In this document: piece by piece, positions 38,617 to 50,268 of the stretch
Numbering within the stretch: position 1 is the stretch's first letter
Layout: every line of letters starts with the position of its first letter
NCBI GenBank assembly: GCA_040385875.1
Contig: JAZKGO010000001.1
Location: 1 to 63,171 of the forward strand
Direction of reading: 5' to 3'
DNA from: Bacteroidota bacterium
GTDB lineage: Bacteria > Bacteroidota > Bacteroidia > Cytophagales > Spirosomataceae
Length of the DNA: 63,171 nucleotides
Program-made: the position numbers and the translations under genes
The notes under the pieces: model-generated
Databases searched by the model: none
The model's input: the letters and a program-made list of their open reading frames with translations, nothing else
What the model was told of the DNA's origin: nothing

Positions 38617-39288
38617 TTAAATATAGGCCAATTCTCTGAGAATATCAATTTCCCCATAGTTTCCTATACATTTTATCACATGTTCAAAGCCCTGAAATTC
38701 ATGTGCTTTATGTGTGGAAGTAATCATAATGGCCTTCATGCCCGCATTTTGGGCTGTTTTGGCACCTACTGGCGAATCCTCAAATACCAGACAGTTGTCA
38801 GGATAGACCCCTAATTGAGCTGCTACTTTTAAGAAAACTTCGGGGTCTGGTTTGCCTTTTTCTACGTCTACATCCGCCACAATTACATCAAAATAATTAC
38901 GAATATTGAGAGTATCCAGCACCAAATTTACATTAGCATATTGGGCAGCGGTGCCGATGGCCATTGGTATTTCATTTTCATAAGCGGTTGCCAACAATTC
39001 GTGTAAGCCTTCAATAAGTTTAAGCTCTGGCCGATACATTTCTCTGTATTTGGCTTCTTTATCGTTGGAAAATCTAAGGCGTTCTTCCGGCGTATATTTA
39101 TCCCCAAAAATTCGTTCGATTATGTCCAGATTTTTACCATGAAATTGCTCGATAATTTCAGCGAGCGAATAGTTATAACCTTCTATTAAAAGCTGTTGCT
39201 GCCAGGCACGATGGTGTACCATCATATTGTCAATCATGGTGCCATCCATATCAAAAATGATGGCCTTGCGGGGTTGGTCTCTCTTCAA
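38617..39288 (-). CDS. HAD-IA hydrolase (beta-phosphoglucomutase-like sugar phosphatase)
   Basis: 223-aa ORF with a TTG start. HAD motifs present: IFDMDGTM, GTA(A), K.KPDP and VFEDS..G. Confidence 0.75.
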   Translation of the reverse strand: MKRDQPRKAIIFDMDGTMIDNMMVHHRAWQQQLLIEGYNYSLAEIIEQFHGKNLDIIERIFGDKYTPEERLRFSNDKEAKYREMYRPELKLIEGLHELLATAYENEIPMAIGTAAQYANVNLVLDTLNIRNYFDVIVADVDVEKGKPDPEVFLKVAAQLGVYPDNCLVFEDSPVGAKTAQNAGMKAIMITSTHKAHEFQGFEHVIKCIGNYGEIDILRELAYI

Positions 39289-39328
39289 AATTGAATTAAA
39301 TATTTTTTAAACTGATGGTTAGGTTATC

Positions 39329-40399
39329 CTATAAATAACTCTTTTTCTTTTTCACTTCGGCCTCTCCCAATAAAAATCCATAAGGTTTTAAGCCATCTAT
39401 GTTGTCAAAAATTACTTTTATGATGGCGATAAATGGCAAGGCTAAAACCAAGCCTGCCATGCCCCATAGCTGGCCTCCCAACAATAAGGCTATGATGGCT
39501 GCAAACGAGTTGATACTCACCTTTGTACCCACCACATAGGGGGTAATAAAATTAGACTCTAGTGCCTGAACCAACAAAAACAAACCCAATACCCCCAATG
39601 CATAAAGGGGCGAATCTTTGGTAAGGAGCGCAATAATAATGGGTAAAAGCGAGCCGACAGTAATACCAATATAAGGAATCAATAATAAAAAAGCAGCAAA
39701 TGTTCCAAAGAAAATCGCATAGTCAATTCCTAAAATCATTAATCCAATTGAATTTAAGATAGCCACTATTAATATTACAAAAAATAAACCCAAAAGATAG
39801 CTTTGTATTACTAAGTGAATTTTATTCATCACTTCATTAATCTTTGTGTTTTTTGTCGTTTTCAATACTTTATGTAAAAAAGTCCTTAAAAAATCACGGT
39901 AATAAAGGAAAAAGAATACATAAATGGGCACTAAACTGGCATTGGCCAAAATATTGCTGGTACCTGAAAGGACATTGGAAATATACTCCCCACTATTTTT
40001 GAGTGCCTCAATTCCATATTTTTGGAGCTCAGCACCTTGCTTGCTTCTACGGATATTGAGCTTTTGCTCAATTAAAATCTGAAGTTTTTTTAATAGGTCA
40101 GTAATTTTTGAGGAGTAGGCTGGTAACTCCTCCGAAAAAACAGATAACTGGTTGATAACTAGTGTTAAAAGTCCGCCAATCATTCCAATCACCAAAATAA
40201 GACAAACAAAAATAGCCACAACTCTAGGAAATTTCAACGCCTCCAATCGATGGCAAATAGGGTATAATAGCATGGCCAAAATGCCCCCAAAAGAAAGCGG
40301 AATCAAAATACTTTGGAGGGTGGACATTATAAAGATGATGCAAATCAAACTAATCAGGCCAAAGGCAAGTTGCGCCGAACTTGGGAAATTATAGTTCAT
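39329..40399 (-). CDS. AI-2E family transporter (PerM/UPF0118)
   Basis: 356-aa polytopic ORF with the characteristic C-terminal half ...PYIG......P......L........F...Q..E...I.P...G......A. Confidence 0.8.
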   Translation of the reverse strand: MNYNFPSSAQLAFGLISLICIIFIMSTLQSILIPLSFGGILAMLLYPICHRLEALKFPRVVAIFVCLILVIGMIGGLLTLVINQLSVFSEELPAYSSKITDLLKKLQILIEQKLNIRRSKQGAELQKYGIEALKNSGEYISNVLSGTSNILANASLVPIYVFFFLYYRDFLRTFLHKVLKTTKNTKINEVMNKIHLVIQSYLLGLFFVILIVAILNSIGLMILGIDYAIFFGTFAAFLLLIPYIGITVGSLLPIIIALLTKDSPLYALGVLGLFLLVQALESNFITPYVVGTKVSINSFAAIIALLLGGQLWGMAGLVLALPFIAIIKVIFDNIDGLKPYGFLLGEAEVKKKKSYL

Positions 40400-40498
40400 A
40401 AAATTGCTATTTTTACAATAGAGTAATTAGGAATGGGGTTAATGCGTTTCTTTAAAAATAGCGATTACTTTTAAATTCCTTTTTTTACAAACAAAATT

Positions 40499-41344
40499 AT
40501 GCATAAAATATTATTCTGGCTGTTTTTTGCAAAAATTAAAATGGCCACATGTCTTCCTGAAGTAAATAAATCAGGTTTTAAAAATGGCAATAAACTATTT
40601 GAAATCACAAAAGTAGGTCAGTTATCAGCCCCAATTAATGAAAGTTCTGGGCTGGCAAAGGTTTACGGAAAGGCTAGTTTTTGGACGCATAATGATGGCG
40701 GCGGCCAAACTGAATTGTATGAAATTAATTCAAACGGCCAGTTAATCTCTACTTTGAATATTCCCAATATTTCCAATATAGATTGGGAGGATTTGGCTCA
40801 TGATAATGCAGGTACAATTTTTATCGGGGATTTTGGCAATAATAGCAATACTCGCAAAGACCTCACCATCTATAAGTTCAACCAAAATCAGCCCGAAAAA
40901 ACAGAAAAAATTAACTTTCGCTATGCCGATCAATCCGCCTTTCCCCCTCAGAAACAAGATTTAAATTTTGACTGCGAAGCCTTTTTCTGGGCAAATGATA
41001 GTTTGTATTTATTTACAAAAAATCGAGGTGAAAAGTCTACAAATTTGTATGCCTTGCCTTCAACAGCGGGTAATTATACGATTAGCCCAAAAGCTGCAAT
41101 TTTGTTAAAAGGCAGCATTACCGCCGCTGATAGCAGCCCCGATAGGAAACAATTTGCGCTCCTGAGCTATGGAAAATTATATATTTTTGGAATTGAGAAC
41201 AAGAAAATTTCATTCGAAAAACCTCTTTTCTGTATTAAAGCACCGCTGAAACAATCTGAGGCAATAAGTTATATCTCTGATAATGAAATACTTATCACTA
41301 ATGAACAAAAAGAGATATTTAAAATAGAGTTTAATAAAAAATAA
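40499..41344 (+). CDS. Hypothetical exported protein, beta-propeller-like repeats
   Basis: 281-aa ORF with a hydrophobic N-terminus including Cys (KMATC). It has the blocks ESSGLA, WTHNDGGG, NIDWEDLA, FIGDFGNN and DCEAFFW. No function recognisable. Confidence 0.6.
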   Translation: MHKILFWLFFAKIKMATCLPEVNKSGFKNGNKLFEITKVGQLSAPINESSGLAKVYGKASFWTHNDGGGQTELYEINSNGQLISTLNIPNISNIDWEDLAHDNAGTIFIGDFGNNSNTRKDLTIYKFNQNQPEKTEKINFRYADQSAFPPQKQDLNFDCEAFFWANDSLYLFTKNRGEKSTNLYALPSTAGNYTISPKAAILLKGSITAADSSPDRKQFALLSYGKLYIFGIENKKISFEKPLFCIKAPLKQSEAISYISDNEILITNEQKEIFKIEFNKK

Positions 41345-41390
41345 CAATTTGGTAATATTGAGTTAAATAACTTTGCAAAAAAAAGGAACA

Positions 41391-42080
41391 ATGGCTCAAA
41401 TGCCCAAAATACTAATAGTAGACGACGACCCAGATATTGTTGAACTATTAGAGTACAATCTGATTAAAGAAGGCTATGAAATTGCCTCCGCCAATGATGG
41501 ACTAAAGGCCTTAGAAATTGCTCCGGTCTTTAAACCTGATTTGGTTTTGTTGGATATCATGATGCCTAAACTTGATGGCATTGAAACAGCCAAAAGATTA
41601 AGAAAGATTGCAGATTTTAAAAATACTTTTATTCTATTTTTGACGGCAAGGTCAGAGGAGTATTCAGAGGTGGCTGCTTTTGACGTCGGTGCGGATGATT
41701 ATATTGTGAAACCCATTAAGCCGCAAGCCCTTATTAGCCGGCTTAGAGCACTTTTGAGGAGAGATCTGCAAAGCTCGCAGCCTGAAAAAGAGGCGGAGTT
41801 AGTAGCTGGACCACTCATTATTAGTCGTAAAAATCATTCCGTTTTATTGAATAGCAAGCCTCTAAGTTTCCCTAAAAAACAGTTTGAGCTCCTGTATTTT
41901 TTAGTCCAAAACCATGATAAGGTTTTCAGCAGAGACGAAATTTTACATAAAATTTGGGGAGCTGATGTATATGTAGTGGAACGCACCATTGATGTTCATA
42001 TCAGAAAATTACGTGAAAAAATCGGCGATGACTACATCAAAACCCTGAAAGGTATTGGCTATATGTTTTCCTTAGAGTAA
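41391..42080 (+). CDS. OmpR/PhoB-family response regulator
   Basis: The ATG at 41391 gives MAQMPKILIVDDD. It has a receiver domain (DLVLLDIMMPKLDG) and a winged-helix trans_reg_C domain (...VDVHIRKLREKI....I.T..G.GY). Confidence 0.9.
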   Translation: MAQMPKILIVDDDPDIVELLEYNLIKEGYEIASANDGLKALEIAPVFKPDLVLLDIMMPKLDGIETAKRLRKIADFKNTFILFLTARSEEYSEVAAFDVGADDYIVKPIKPQALISRLRALLRRDLQSSQPEKEAELVAGPLIISRKNHSVLLNSKPLSFPKKQFELLYFLVQNHDKVFSRDEILHKIWGADVYVVERTIDVHIRKLREKIGDDYIKTLKGIGYMFSLE

Positions 42081-42219
42081 GTATTTTCACTTTTTAATTT
42101 CGTTTTTAGGTCATTCAATTTTTACTCGAAAGTCCTCAATTCTCACCACCATGCCATTTGTGGCCGATTTCGGTTGCAATCAAAATAAATCGTATTTTTA
42201 CATTTGAAAATCAGTTCAA

Positions 42220-43251
42220 ATGCTCAATCCAAGACTTATTGCTCTTTTGCTAGCCCTGTTGGTGAGTTCCATCACCTGCGTTTTTATTTGGTTTGTTGCG
42301 CCTTCTATCACCATTATTTTCGTCGCCTTTGTGGCGTCTTTTTTTACTACAGGCATTCTAATCTTTATGGTTTTGGATTATTTTATTTTTGAAGAGGTAA
42401 ACAATATTTACGCCACGCTTCAAGATTTAAAAATGAAAGGCCTTTCCATTTCCAAAAAGAAAATCGGTAAAATCCCTAACCCGCTCAAAAAAATCAATGA
42501 AGACCTGAACATTTATGCTACTAAAAAAGAAAGGCAAATCACCGATTTGAAACGCTTAGAGCGATTTCGAAGAGAGTTTTTGGCAGATGTATCTCATGAA
42601 TTAAAAACACCGATTTTTGCTGCGCAAGGTTTTGTGCATACACTTATAGATGGAGCCGTCAATGATGTGGTTGTTAGAGATAAATTTCTTGAAAAAGCCG
42701 CCAAAAGCTTGGATGGCCTAGATGCACTCGTTCGAGATTTAGTTGCTCTCTCACAAATGGAAAGTGGCGAAATTAAGATGAATAGGGCCATAACTGACCT
42801 TGGTAAGCTCACCTCGGAAGTAGTGGAACAATTAGAAAAAATGGCGATTAATAAGAATATTAGCATTTCTATTAGCCAACCTAATAATATTCCGATTTTG
42901 GTAAATATTGACACCTTTCGGATGAATCAGGTACTTACCAATTTGATTGAAAATGCCATCAAATATGGAAATGAGGGTGGGAAGGTTCAGATTATTTTTG
43001 AATCAAATCAAAAGTTTTGGAAAGTAACGGTGAAAGACAATGGGCCGGGCATTCCTGCCAACCACCTTGATAGAATATTTGAGCGGTTTTATCGAGTAGA
43101 GAAAAGTCGCTCAAAAGATATGGGAGGAACAGGACTTGGATTAGCCATTGTAAAGCATATTTTGGCTGGCCACCGAAGTAAAATAAGTGTAAGTAGCAAA
43201 CTTGAAAAAGGCACCTCTTTCAGCTTCAAACTTGAAAAAGCCATTGGATAA
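42220..43251 (+). CDS. Sensor histidine kinase (HisKA + HATPase_c, PhoR-like)
   Basis: 343 aa with 2 TM segments. H-box FLADVSHELKTP, N-box NLIENAIKYG, G1 DNGPGI and G2 GGTGLGLAIVKHI. Confidence 0.9.
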   Translation: MLNPRLIALLLALLVSSITCVFIWFVAPSITIIFVAFVASFFTTGILIFMVLDYFIFEEVNNIYATLQDLKMKGLSISKKKIGKIPNPLKKINEDLNIYATKKERQITDLKRLERFRREFLADVSHELKTPIFAAQGFVHTLIDGAVNDVVVRDKFLEKAAKSLDGLDALVRDLVALSQMESGEIKMNRAITDLGKLTSEVVEQLEKMAINKNISISISQPNNIPILVNIDTFRMNQVLTNLIENAIKYGNEGGKVQIIFESNQKFWKVTVKDNGPGIPANHLDRIFERFYRVEKSRSKDMGGTGLGLAIVKHILAGHRSKISVSSKLEKGTSFSFKLEKAIG

Positions 43252-43256
43252 ATACC

Positions 43257-43943
43257 ATGCTTGAAAAAACCCGTGGCATTGTAATCAACTATATTAAATT
43301 GAGAGAAACCTCAATTGTGGTGAATATCTATACGGAAGCTTTTGGGATACGGTCTTATATTGAAAACGGAATCCGATCCGCTAAATCAAAAAATAAAATC
43401 GCTCTGTTCCAGCCCCTTACTATTCTCGAACTAGTGGTTTTTGAGCGAGAAGGGAAAGGCCTCAAACGAATTTCGGAAGTAAAGTGTAGCCAGCCATTTC
43501 AAACCTTACCATATGATATTGCCAAATCAAGCATTGCGCTTTTTTTGGCTGAAGTGCTGAAGAAATGCCTAAAAGAAGAGGAATCTAACCCCCCTCTGTT
43601 CAATTTTCTATTATATTCACTCTCTTATTTGGATGAGCCGCATTTGGAGTTTGGCAATTTTCATTTGATTTTTTTGTCTAAACTTTCGACATATTTAGGC
43701 TTTTCTCCCGAAACAGCCGACCAAGTGCTGGCAGAATTTCAGGCCATTAATTTACGTCCTTTTAATACTGAACTTATTGTCGCTTTTAATCAAATTTTAA
43801 AGCTCACTTATGAAGATACTTTCAAAATTACCAGAGTACAAAGGGCTGATTTATTGGATATTATCTTAAGTTTTTACAAGATTCATGTCGATGGTTTTGG
43901 TGAAATAAAATCTCATTTGGTATTAAAAGAAGTGCTCGGTTGA
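43257..43943 (+). CDS. recO: DNA repair protein RecO
   Basis: 228-aa ORF with the N-terminal OB-fold pattern T.GIV......E.S.IV.I.T...G and typical length. Confidence 0.8.
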   Translation: MLEKTRGIVINYIKLRETSIVVNIYTEAFGIRSYIENGIRSAKSKNKIALFQPLTILELVVFEREGKGLKRISEVKCSQPFQTLPYDIAKSSIALFLAEVLKKCLKEEESNPPLFNFLLYSLSYLDEPHLEFGNFHLIFLSKLSTYLGFSPETADQVLAEFQAINLRPFNTELIVAFNQILKLTYEDTFKITRVQRADLLDIILSFYKIHVDGFGEIKSHLVLKEVLG

Positions 43944-44157
43944 CCTTAGGCTGCTCTCTTGTCTTAATGGATTGTGTTTTGGATTAATAATCCCTTTTTT
44001 AACTAGTTTCTATTAATTTTTCTAAATTTTTACCTTTTCAATTTTCCCAAATACTGAAAAATCAATTTTTAGACTTAATTTTAAATTAAATGGGCAAATT
44101 GGCCCGATTGGTTGTTCGAAAAAATTCATAAATCTAACCCACCAGCCATCAAAATTG

Positions 44158-44883
44158 ATGAAGGATTGCATAGTAATTATTCCAACTTTTAACGAAATAG
44201 AAAACATAGAGGCAATCATTCGGAAAGTTTTTGATTTGAAAACTGATTTTGACTTGTTAATTGTGGATGATGGCTCCCCTGACGGCACGGGCAAAATGGT
44301 AAAAAGCCTTCAAGCTGAATTCAAGAGCCGATTGCATTTGTTAGAGCGAAAAGGCAAACTAGGCCTCGGCACTGCTTATATTCATGGTTTTAAATATGCT
44401 TTGAAACATGGTTACGAATATATTTTTGAAATGGATGCTGATTTTTCGCATAACCCCGACGATCTTGAAAAATTATATGATGCATGCAAAGAGGGAGCCG
44501 ATTTGGCCATTGGCTCTCGATATATAAAAGGAGTAAATGTGGTGAACTGGCCAATGAGCCGGGTTCTTATGTCGTATTTTGCTAGTGCCTATGTGCGTTT
44601 TATTACTCGAATGCCTGTGATGGATGCTACAGCTGGTTTTAAATGTTATAAGGCTAAAGTGCTGCAAACCATCCAATTAGATAAAGTAAAGTTCATTGGT
44701 TATGCATTTCAAATTGAGATGAAATTTACCGCTTGGCGCTATGGTTTTAATATTGTGGAAGTACCCATCATTTTCACTGATCGTACAAAAGGAGAGTCAA
44801 AAATGTCGCCTGGTATATTTAAGGAAGCTTTTTGGGGCGTGATTAATATGAAGATTGCGAGCTTATTTAAAAAATATGCCTAA
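44158..44883 (+). CDS. GT2 polyprenol-phosphate mannosyltransferase (Dpm1-like)
   Basis: It carries IIPTFNE.ENI, VDDGSPDGT and MDADFSHNP. The ATG at 44158 directly follows a TTG at 44155. Confidence 0.85.
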   Translation: MKDCIVIIPTFNEIENIEAIIRKVFDLKTDFDLLIVDDGSPDGTGKMVKSLQAEFKSRLHLLERKGKLGLGTAYIHGFKYALKHGYEYIFEMDADFSHNPDDLEKLYDACKEGADLAIGSRYIKGVNVVNWPMSRVLMSYFASAYVRFITRMPVMDATAGFKCYKAKVLQTIQLDKVKFIGYAFQIEMKFTAWRYGFNIVEVPIIFTDRTKGESKMSPGIFKEAFWGVINMKIASLFKKYA

Positions 44884-45042
44884 TTTGGGGTCACACAAAC
44901 TTCATTCCTTAAAAATAGATTGGGCAATTTTTCCTAAAATTCAACATCACCCATAAAGTAACGCTTTCAACTTTTTATCCTCCCTCATCTAAAAATTATT
45001 TGAATACTGCAACAAACCAACATTTTAGCTCGTATTAATGCT

Positions 45043-48000
45043 ATGCATTCAAAAATTTATTTTTTATTTACGTTGCTATTTTGCCTGATTTCTTTTCAAG
45101 ATTTTAGCCAGAAAACACTATATAATAATGCCAGACTTGGGGTAATAGATAATAATACGCAAATATTTGAGAGAAAATTCAATGAAAAGAATGAAATAGT
45201 AAAGACATTAGCAAAAAAGCTTAATATTGAAATTAGAAGAAAATTAAGTGATGGCAGACTGATTGAATTAAAGGGTATTAATGAAATAAATGAGCCTATT
45301 TTTATTATTTCAGAAAATAATCTGCAGGCGGGCCAAACCACCCATACCAATTCGATCTACAAAGGGGGTAACCTTGGTTTAGATATTACTGGCTCAAGTG
45401 CCACTATTAATGGCAGATTGGGCATCTGGGATGGTGGCAAAGTATTGGTAAGCCATGAGGAATTTGGAAATAGAGTTACTCAAATGGACAATACCTCTCA
45501 ATCGGCAGCCCATTCAACACACGTGGCGGGAACCATGGTAGCTTCAGGCATCAATGCCATTTCAAGAGGAATGGCACCCACTGCCCAACTAAAAGCTTGG
45601 GATTACAATAATGATGATGCCGAAATGTCTGCTGCCTCAAAAGAGCTTTTGGTATCCAATCACTCATACGGTCAAGTGGCAGGCTGGGTGTATAATGATT
45701 CTCGACAGGGAAATCAAAAATGGGAATGGTATGGTAACACTCAAATAAGTAATTATGAAGATTATAAATTTGGCTTTTACGATAGTCAAAGCCAGACTTG
45801 GGATAAAATTGCCTATGATGCACCTAATTATTTAATCGTAAAATCGGCTGGAAATAAAAGAAATGAAACTGGGCCAGAAATCTCCAAAACAGATACTACC
45901 AAAACAGTAGAAAAATACTATTTAGGAAGCAGTTCCGATACTTCAGTTGTGGCCAGAAGCCGTAATAATAATTATGATATACTCCCAACCTATTCTGTTG
46001 CAAAAAATATACTAACTGTAGGAGCCGTTTCGATTATACCCAATGGACCAAATTTGGCTTCAGACATTAAAATATCAAGCTTTAGCAGCTGGGGGCCAAC
46101 TGATGACGGTCGAATAAAACCTGATATTGTGGGGGCTGGAGTAAATTTATTTTCTACTTCTGACTTAAGCCCAAAATCCTATTCATTTTTGTCGGGTACT
46201 TCAATGGCCTCTCCTCAAGTTTCTGGAAGTATTTTTTTGTTGCAAGAATTATATGGCCAATTCAATAATGCTAAAATGATGCGCTCTTCTACTTTAAAGG
46301 GACTTATTTTACATTCAGCTGATGATGCCGGTCGTCCAGGGCCCGATTATACCTATGGCTGGGGGCTACTTAATATTGAAAAAGCAGCTAAAATATTGGT
46401 CAATAAAGATAAAACTCATTTTTTAGAGGAGCTTTCTTTGGCACAAAATGGAAGTTTTACAAAAAAAATCATTGCCAATGGCAAAGATCCGATTGTGGCA
46501 ACTATTTGTTGGACCGATCCTGAAGCCACTCCAACGACAGCCACCTCCACTAATTTGAATAGTCGCATTCCAAAATTGATTAATGATTTGGATATTACCA
46601 TTTCTGACGGCAGGTCAACCTTTCAGGCTTGGATTTTGGACCCCAATAAACCTGCCAATAACGCTTCTAAAGGGGATAATTTTAGAGATAATGTAGAGCA
46701 GGTGTACATTGCCAACCCAGTTCCTGGCAAAGAATATACCATCAAAATTTCACATAAATCAATCCTTTCAAAAGGCCTTCAAGATTTTGCTTTGATTATT
46801 TCTGGGTCTGGAGGAGCCGCCTACTGTACTTCCACGCCAACCAGTATGGAAGATACCAAAATTGAAAAAATAACGATAAATGGCAACATTTATAATGCTC
46901 CAAATGGTTGCACAAATTATTCTGACAATACTGGAATAAAATTGGAGGTTTCACCAAATCAAATACTTGATATTGAGCTCAATACGGGCAGTTGTGGGGT
47001 GTTAAAAGATAAAGCCTATGCTATTTTTGCCGATTGGAATATCGATGGAGATTTTGAGGATGAGGGGGAGAATTTGGTTCCAGCATTAGCTATTTCTAAT
47101 TTAAATGCTTTCAAACACCTAATAAAAGTTCCCATGGATATTACTCCAGGAGGGAATACAAGATTGAGAGTTGTTACTTCTGAATCGGCCACTATTACTG
47201 CCTGTGGAAGCTATTCTAAAGGGGAAACAATGGACTTTTTATTGAGTTACATTTATCCGAAAGTTGACCTTGCCATTACAAAGTTGTTATTTCCTGACGA
47301 AAACATTTGTCGAAATACATCTATCGATAATGTAAATATTGAGTTGAATAATAAAGGTACCGAAATCATAAAAAATGGCGATTTCAATGTGAAAATATTT
47401 GAAAATGAGTTGGTGATAGCCAATCAAAAGGCTGCTTTATTATCCGCTATTCCTGGCTTAACCAATAGTAGAATTACTATTCCAATAAATTTGACTTTTA
47501 AAGCCGATGCAAAATATAGATTTGAATTGAGTGCCAATATTTCCAATGACGAAAATATAGAAAACAATCTGGTCACAGTTGAGCGGAGTGTAATTAAGGA
47601 GCAAAATTCTGAAGTGGCAAAAGTGGTAAATTGTGACAATGGATCATTAACCACACTGTCATCAGAAGGAAAAGGGGCTGCCTTCTGGTATGATGCTGAG
47701 ATTGGGGGCAACCTAATAGCCATTGGCAACAAGGCTAATATCAAAAAACCTGTTATTCCTTCCCTATTTTATGTTTCTCAAAATGACCTTCAGGGAAGTT
47801 TGGGACCCATCACAAAAAAACAATATGCAGGCGGCACCTATTCAGGCAATTTTGGTCCCAAACCATTGATCTCGACCAAAGCTCCCATTATGCTTGAAAG
47901 TGCCCGATTGTATATTGGACATTCAGGTAAAATAACCTTTACAGTAGAGCGGATTTCTGACTTGACGCCAATGTCAACGGTTACTTTAGATGTAACTGCC

Positions 48001-49035
48001 ACTAGAGATTCTAAAATAGGGAATGCGTCAAACGGCCAACAAATGGATGACCCCAACGACCCTGGTGCAATTTATAATTTGGGATTGGAAATCCCCGAAG
48101 CGGGTGACTATCAAATATCTATTGAATATGAAGACGATGCCAGTATTTTTAGAAGTAATCAAGGAGTTTCTGGTTTTCCTTTTAGTTTGCAAAACGTCGT
48201 AACTATTTCTGGATCGTCCTTTAATGGTGGGGTACTTAAAGAAGCCTGGTACTATTTTTATAATCTAAAAATAAAATCATTGGGCTGCCCTAGTGCCAAA
48301 AGGGTTTTAGCAACTCCTGCTAATGCCAATGGGGTGGTAAGCAGCATTAGCTCTGATGGCGGTACATCCATCTGCCCAAATCAAAGCATAACTTTAACCA
48401 CAACGAATAGTCAAAATATTCAATATCAATGGTTTAAAGATTCAACAGCCATCGCCGATGCGAATAAAAACACATTGCTTGTTTCTCAAAAAGGGAATTA
48501 TTTTGTACAATTAAGTGAAAATGGCATTTGTCCTACTGCCTCAAATTCATTATCGATTACGGCCAAGTCACCAGCAGCACCCATCATAACAGCCACTGCC
48601 AACCTACTCACCTCAAGCCCTGCCGAAAACTATCAATGGTTACTTGCAAGAGTACCCATTGAAGGGGCAAATAAGCAAGAGTTTACTGCTTTTAAAACAG
48701 GTTCTTATTCGATTCAAGGGGTGGTTGATGGCTGCACTGTACAAAGTTTTGAAATATATTTAATCATATTAGCGGATGAAACATTGCCTGCTGAGACTGA
48801 TTTGCTCCTTTTTCCCAATCCTGCTTTTGATAAATTCACAATCAAAAATCTTAAAAGCAAAACAATTAAATACCAAATATTCAATAATTTAGGTCAAAAA
48901 ATACAGGAAAGTGAACTGCAAAATAACCCTGATAATCCCCCCTCTGTGTCCATAAGCCAATTAACCCCCAATCAGTATTTCATCAGAATGGAAGCTGATA
49001 AAAAAGTGTATTTGAAAAAATTCATCAAGCAATAA
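45043..49035 (+). CDS. Large S8 (subtilisin-like) serine peptidase with GEVED-type domain, Ig-like repeats and T9SS C-terminal sorting domain
   Basis: 1330 aa with a signal peptide. Catalytic blocks are HSTHVAGT (His) and [12 protein letters not shown] (Ser). It has [13 protein letters not shown] (GEVED-like) and a C-terminal [14 protein letters not shown]...beta tail typical of Por/T9SS CTDs. Confidence 0.85.
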   Translation: MHSKIYFLFTLLFCLISFQDFSQKTLYNNARLGVIDNNTQIFERKFNEKNEIVKTLAKKLNIEIRRKLSDGRLIELKGINEINEPIFIISENNLQAGQTTHTNSIYKGGNLGLDITGSSATINGRLGIWDGGKVLVSHEEFGNRVTQMDNTSQSAAHSTHVAGTMVASGINAISRGMAPTAQLKAWDYNNDDAEMSAASKELLVSNHSYGQVAGWVYNDSRQGNQKWEWYGNTQISNYEDYKFGFYDSQSQTWDKIAYDAPNYLIVKSAGNKRNETGPEISKTDTTKTVEKYYLGSSSDTSVVARSRNNNYDILPTYSVAKNILTVGAVSIIPNGPNLASDIKISSFSSWGPTDDGRIKPDIVGAGVNLFSTSDLSPKSYSFLSGTSMASPQVSGSIFLLQELYGQFNNAKMMRSSTLKGLILHSADDAGRPGPDYTYGWGLLNIEKAAKILVNKDKTHFLEELSLAQNGSFTKKIIANGKDPIVATICWTDPEATPTTATSTNLNSRIPKLINDLDITISDGRSTFQAWILDPNKPANNASKGDNFRDNVEQVYIANPVPGKEYTIKISHKSILSKGLQDFALIISGSGGAAYCTSTPTSMEDTKIEKITINGNIYNAPNGCTNYSDNTGIKLEVSPNQILDIELNTGSCGVLKDKAYAIFADWNIDGDFEDEGENLVPALAISNLNAFKHLIKVPMDITPGGNTRLRVVTSESATITACGSYSKGETMDFLLSYIYPKVDLAITKLLFPDENICRNTSIDNVNIELNNKGTEIIKNGDFNVKIFENELVIANQKAALLSAIPGLTNSRITIPINLTFKADAKYRFELSANISNDENIENNLVTVERSVIKEQNSEVAKVVNCDNGSLTTLSSEGKGAAFWYDAEIGGNLIAIGNKANIKKPVIPSLFYVSQNDLQGSLGPITKKQYAGGTYSGNFGPKPLISTKAPIMLESARLYIGHSGKITFTVERISDLTPMSTVTLDVTATRDSKIGNASNGQQMDDPNDPGAIYNLGLEIPEAGDYQISIEYEDDASIFRSNQGVSGFPFSLQNVVTISGSSFNGGVLKEAWYYFYNLKIKSLGCPSAKRVLATPANANGVVSSISSDGGTSICPNQSITLTTTNSQNIQYQWFKDSTAIADANKNTLLVSQKGNYFVQLSENGICPTASNSLSITAKSPAAPIITATANLLTSSPAENYQWLLARVPIEGANKQEFTAFKTGSYSIQGVVDGCTVQSFEIYLIILADETLPAETDLLLFPNPAFDKFTIKNLKSKTIKYQIFNNLGQKIQESELQNNPDNPPSVSISQLTPNQYFIRMEADKKVYLKKFIKQ

Positions 49036-49109
49036 TTCGATTCATTAGTTGCTGTGAGATTTATTTTCATAGTTTTGTAAAAACTATTTTTTCAAGAATT
49101 GATTCTAAA

Positions 49110-50195
49110 ATGGAAATCATCAAAAACATCCCATTACACAACATTCATGAACAGTTAGGCGCCAAAATATTGCCTTTTGCTGGTTATAATATGCCTATTC
49201 TCTATTCAAATCTCATTCAAGAGCATTTGGCCGTTCGTAATTCGGTAGGGGTATTTGATGTAAGTCATATGGGGGAGTTTATGCTTAGCGGCCCTAAAGC
49301 ATTGGATTTGATTCAAAAACTCTGTACCAATGACGCCACCTTATTGGTAGATGGAAAAGTACAATATACCTGCATGACCAATGATGAAGGCGGTATTGTG
49401 GATGATTTATTAGTCTATCGCTGGGATGAAAACGAATTTTATTTAGTAGTGAATGCCTCTAATATTGAAAAAGATTGGAATTGGATTGTAAGCCATAATA
49501 CAGAAGGAGTTGAGCTAAAAAACATGAGTGATGATCTTTGTCTTTTTGCGGTGCAAGGACCCAAAGCATTAGCCACCATCCAAAAGCTAACTGATTTGGA
49601 CTTGGCTTCAATGGATAATTATGAATTTTTAGCTGGTAAAGTGGCTGATATTGATGACATTATCATTTCCACTACAGGCTATACGGGTGCAGGAGGTTTT
49701 GAAATTTATGTTTGGAACAAAGATGCTCACAAAATGTGGGAAGCCATTTTTAAAGCAGGTGAAGAATTTGGCATAATTCCCGTAGGCTTAGGTGCACGTG
49801 ATACACTGCGCACGGAAATGGGTTATTGCCTTTATGGTCATGATATTGACGATACCACTTCGCCAATTGAAGCCGGTTTAGGTTGGATCACTAAGTTTAC
49901 CAAACAATTTACCCAATCAGATAAACACCTGAAAATCAAGCAAGAAGGGCCTCATAAAAAGTTAGTTGGTTTTGAATTAGTAGAAAGAGGCATTCCTAGG
50001 CAACATTATGAAATTTTGGATTTAGATGGCAATAAAATTGGAGAAGTAACCTCTGGAACTCAATCGCCCTGCCTCAATAAAGGTATTGGAATGGGTTACT
50101 TGAAAACTGAATTTGCTAAAATAGGAACCGAAATCCTGATTCAAGTGCGTAATAATCAATTGAAAGCCCGGGTTGTAAAAATGCCTTTTGTTTAA
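49110..50195 (+). CDS. gcvT: Glycine cleavage system aminomethyltransferase
   Basis: 361-aa ORF with [23 protein letters not shown] and GLGARDTLR. Confidence 0.93.
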   Translation: MEIIKNIPLHNIHEQLGAKILPFAGYNMPILYSNLIQEHLAVRNSVGVFDVSHMGEFMLSGPKALDLIQKLCTNDATLLVDGKVQYTCMTNDEGGIVDDLLVYRWDENEFYLVVNASNIEKDWNWIVSHNTEGVELKNMSDDLCLFAVQGPKALATIQKLTDLDLASMDNYEFLAGKVADIDDIIISTTGYTGAGGFEIYVWNKDAHKMWEAIFKAGEEFGIIPVGLGARDTLRTEMGYCLYGHDIDDTTSPIEAGLGWITKFTKQFTQSDKHLKIKQEGPHKKLVGFELVERGIPRQHYEILDLDGNKIGEVTSGTQSPCLNKGIGMGYLKTEFAKIGTEILIQVRNNQLKARVVKMPFV

Positions 50196-50268
50196 AAAAT
50201 ATTTTCCTATGATAGTCTGTGGTTTCCGGGAGTAATAATTACCCAAATTTTTTCACTTTTTTTTATAA

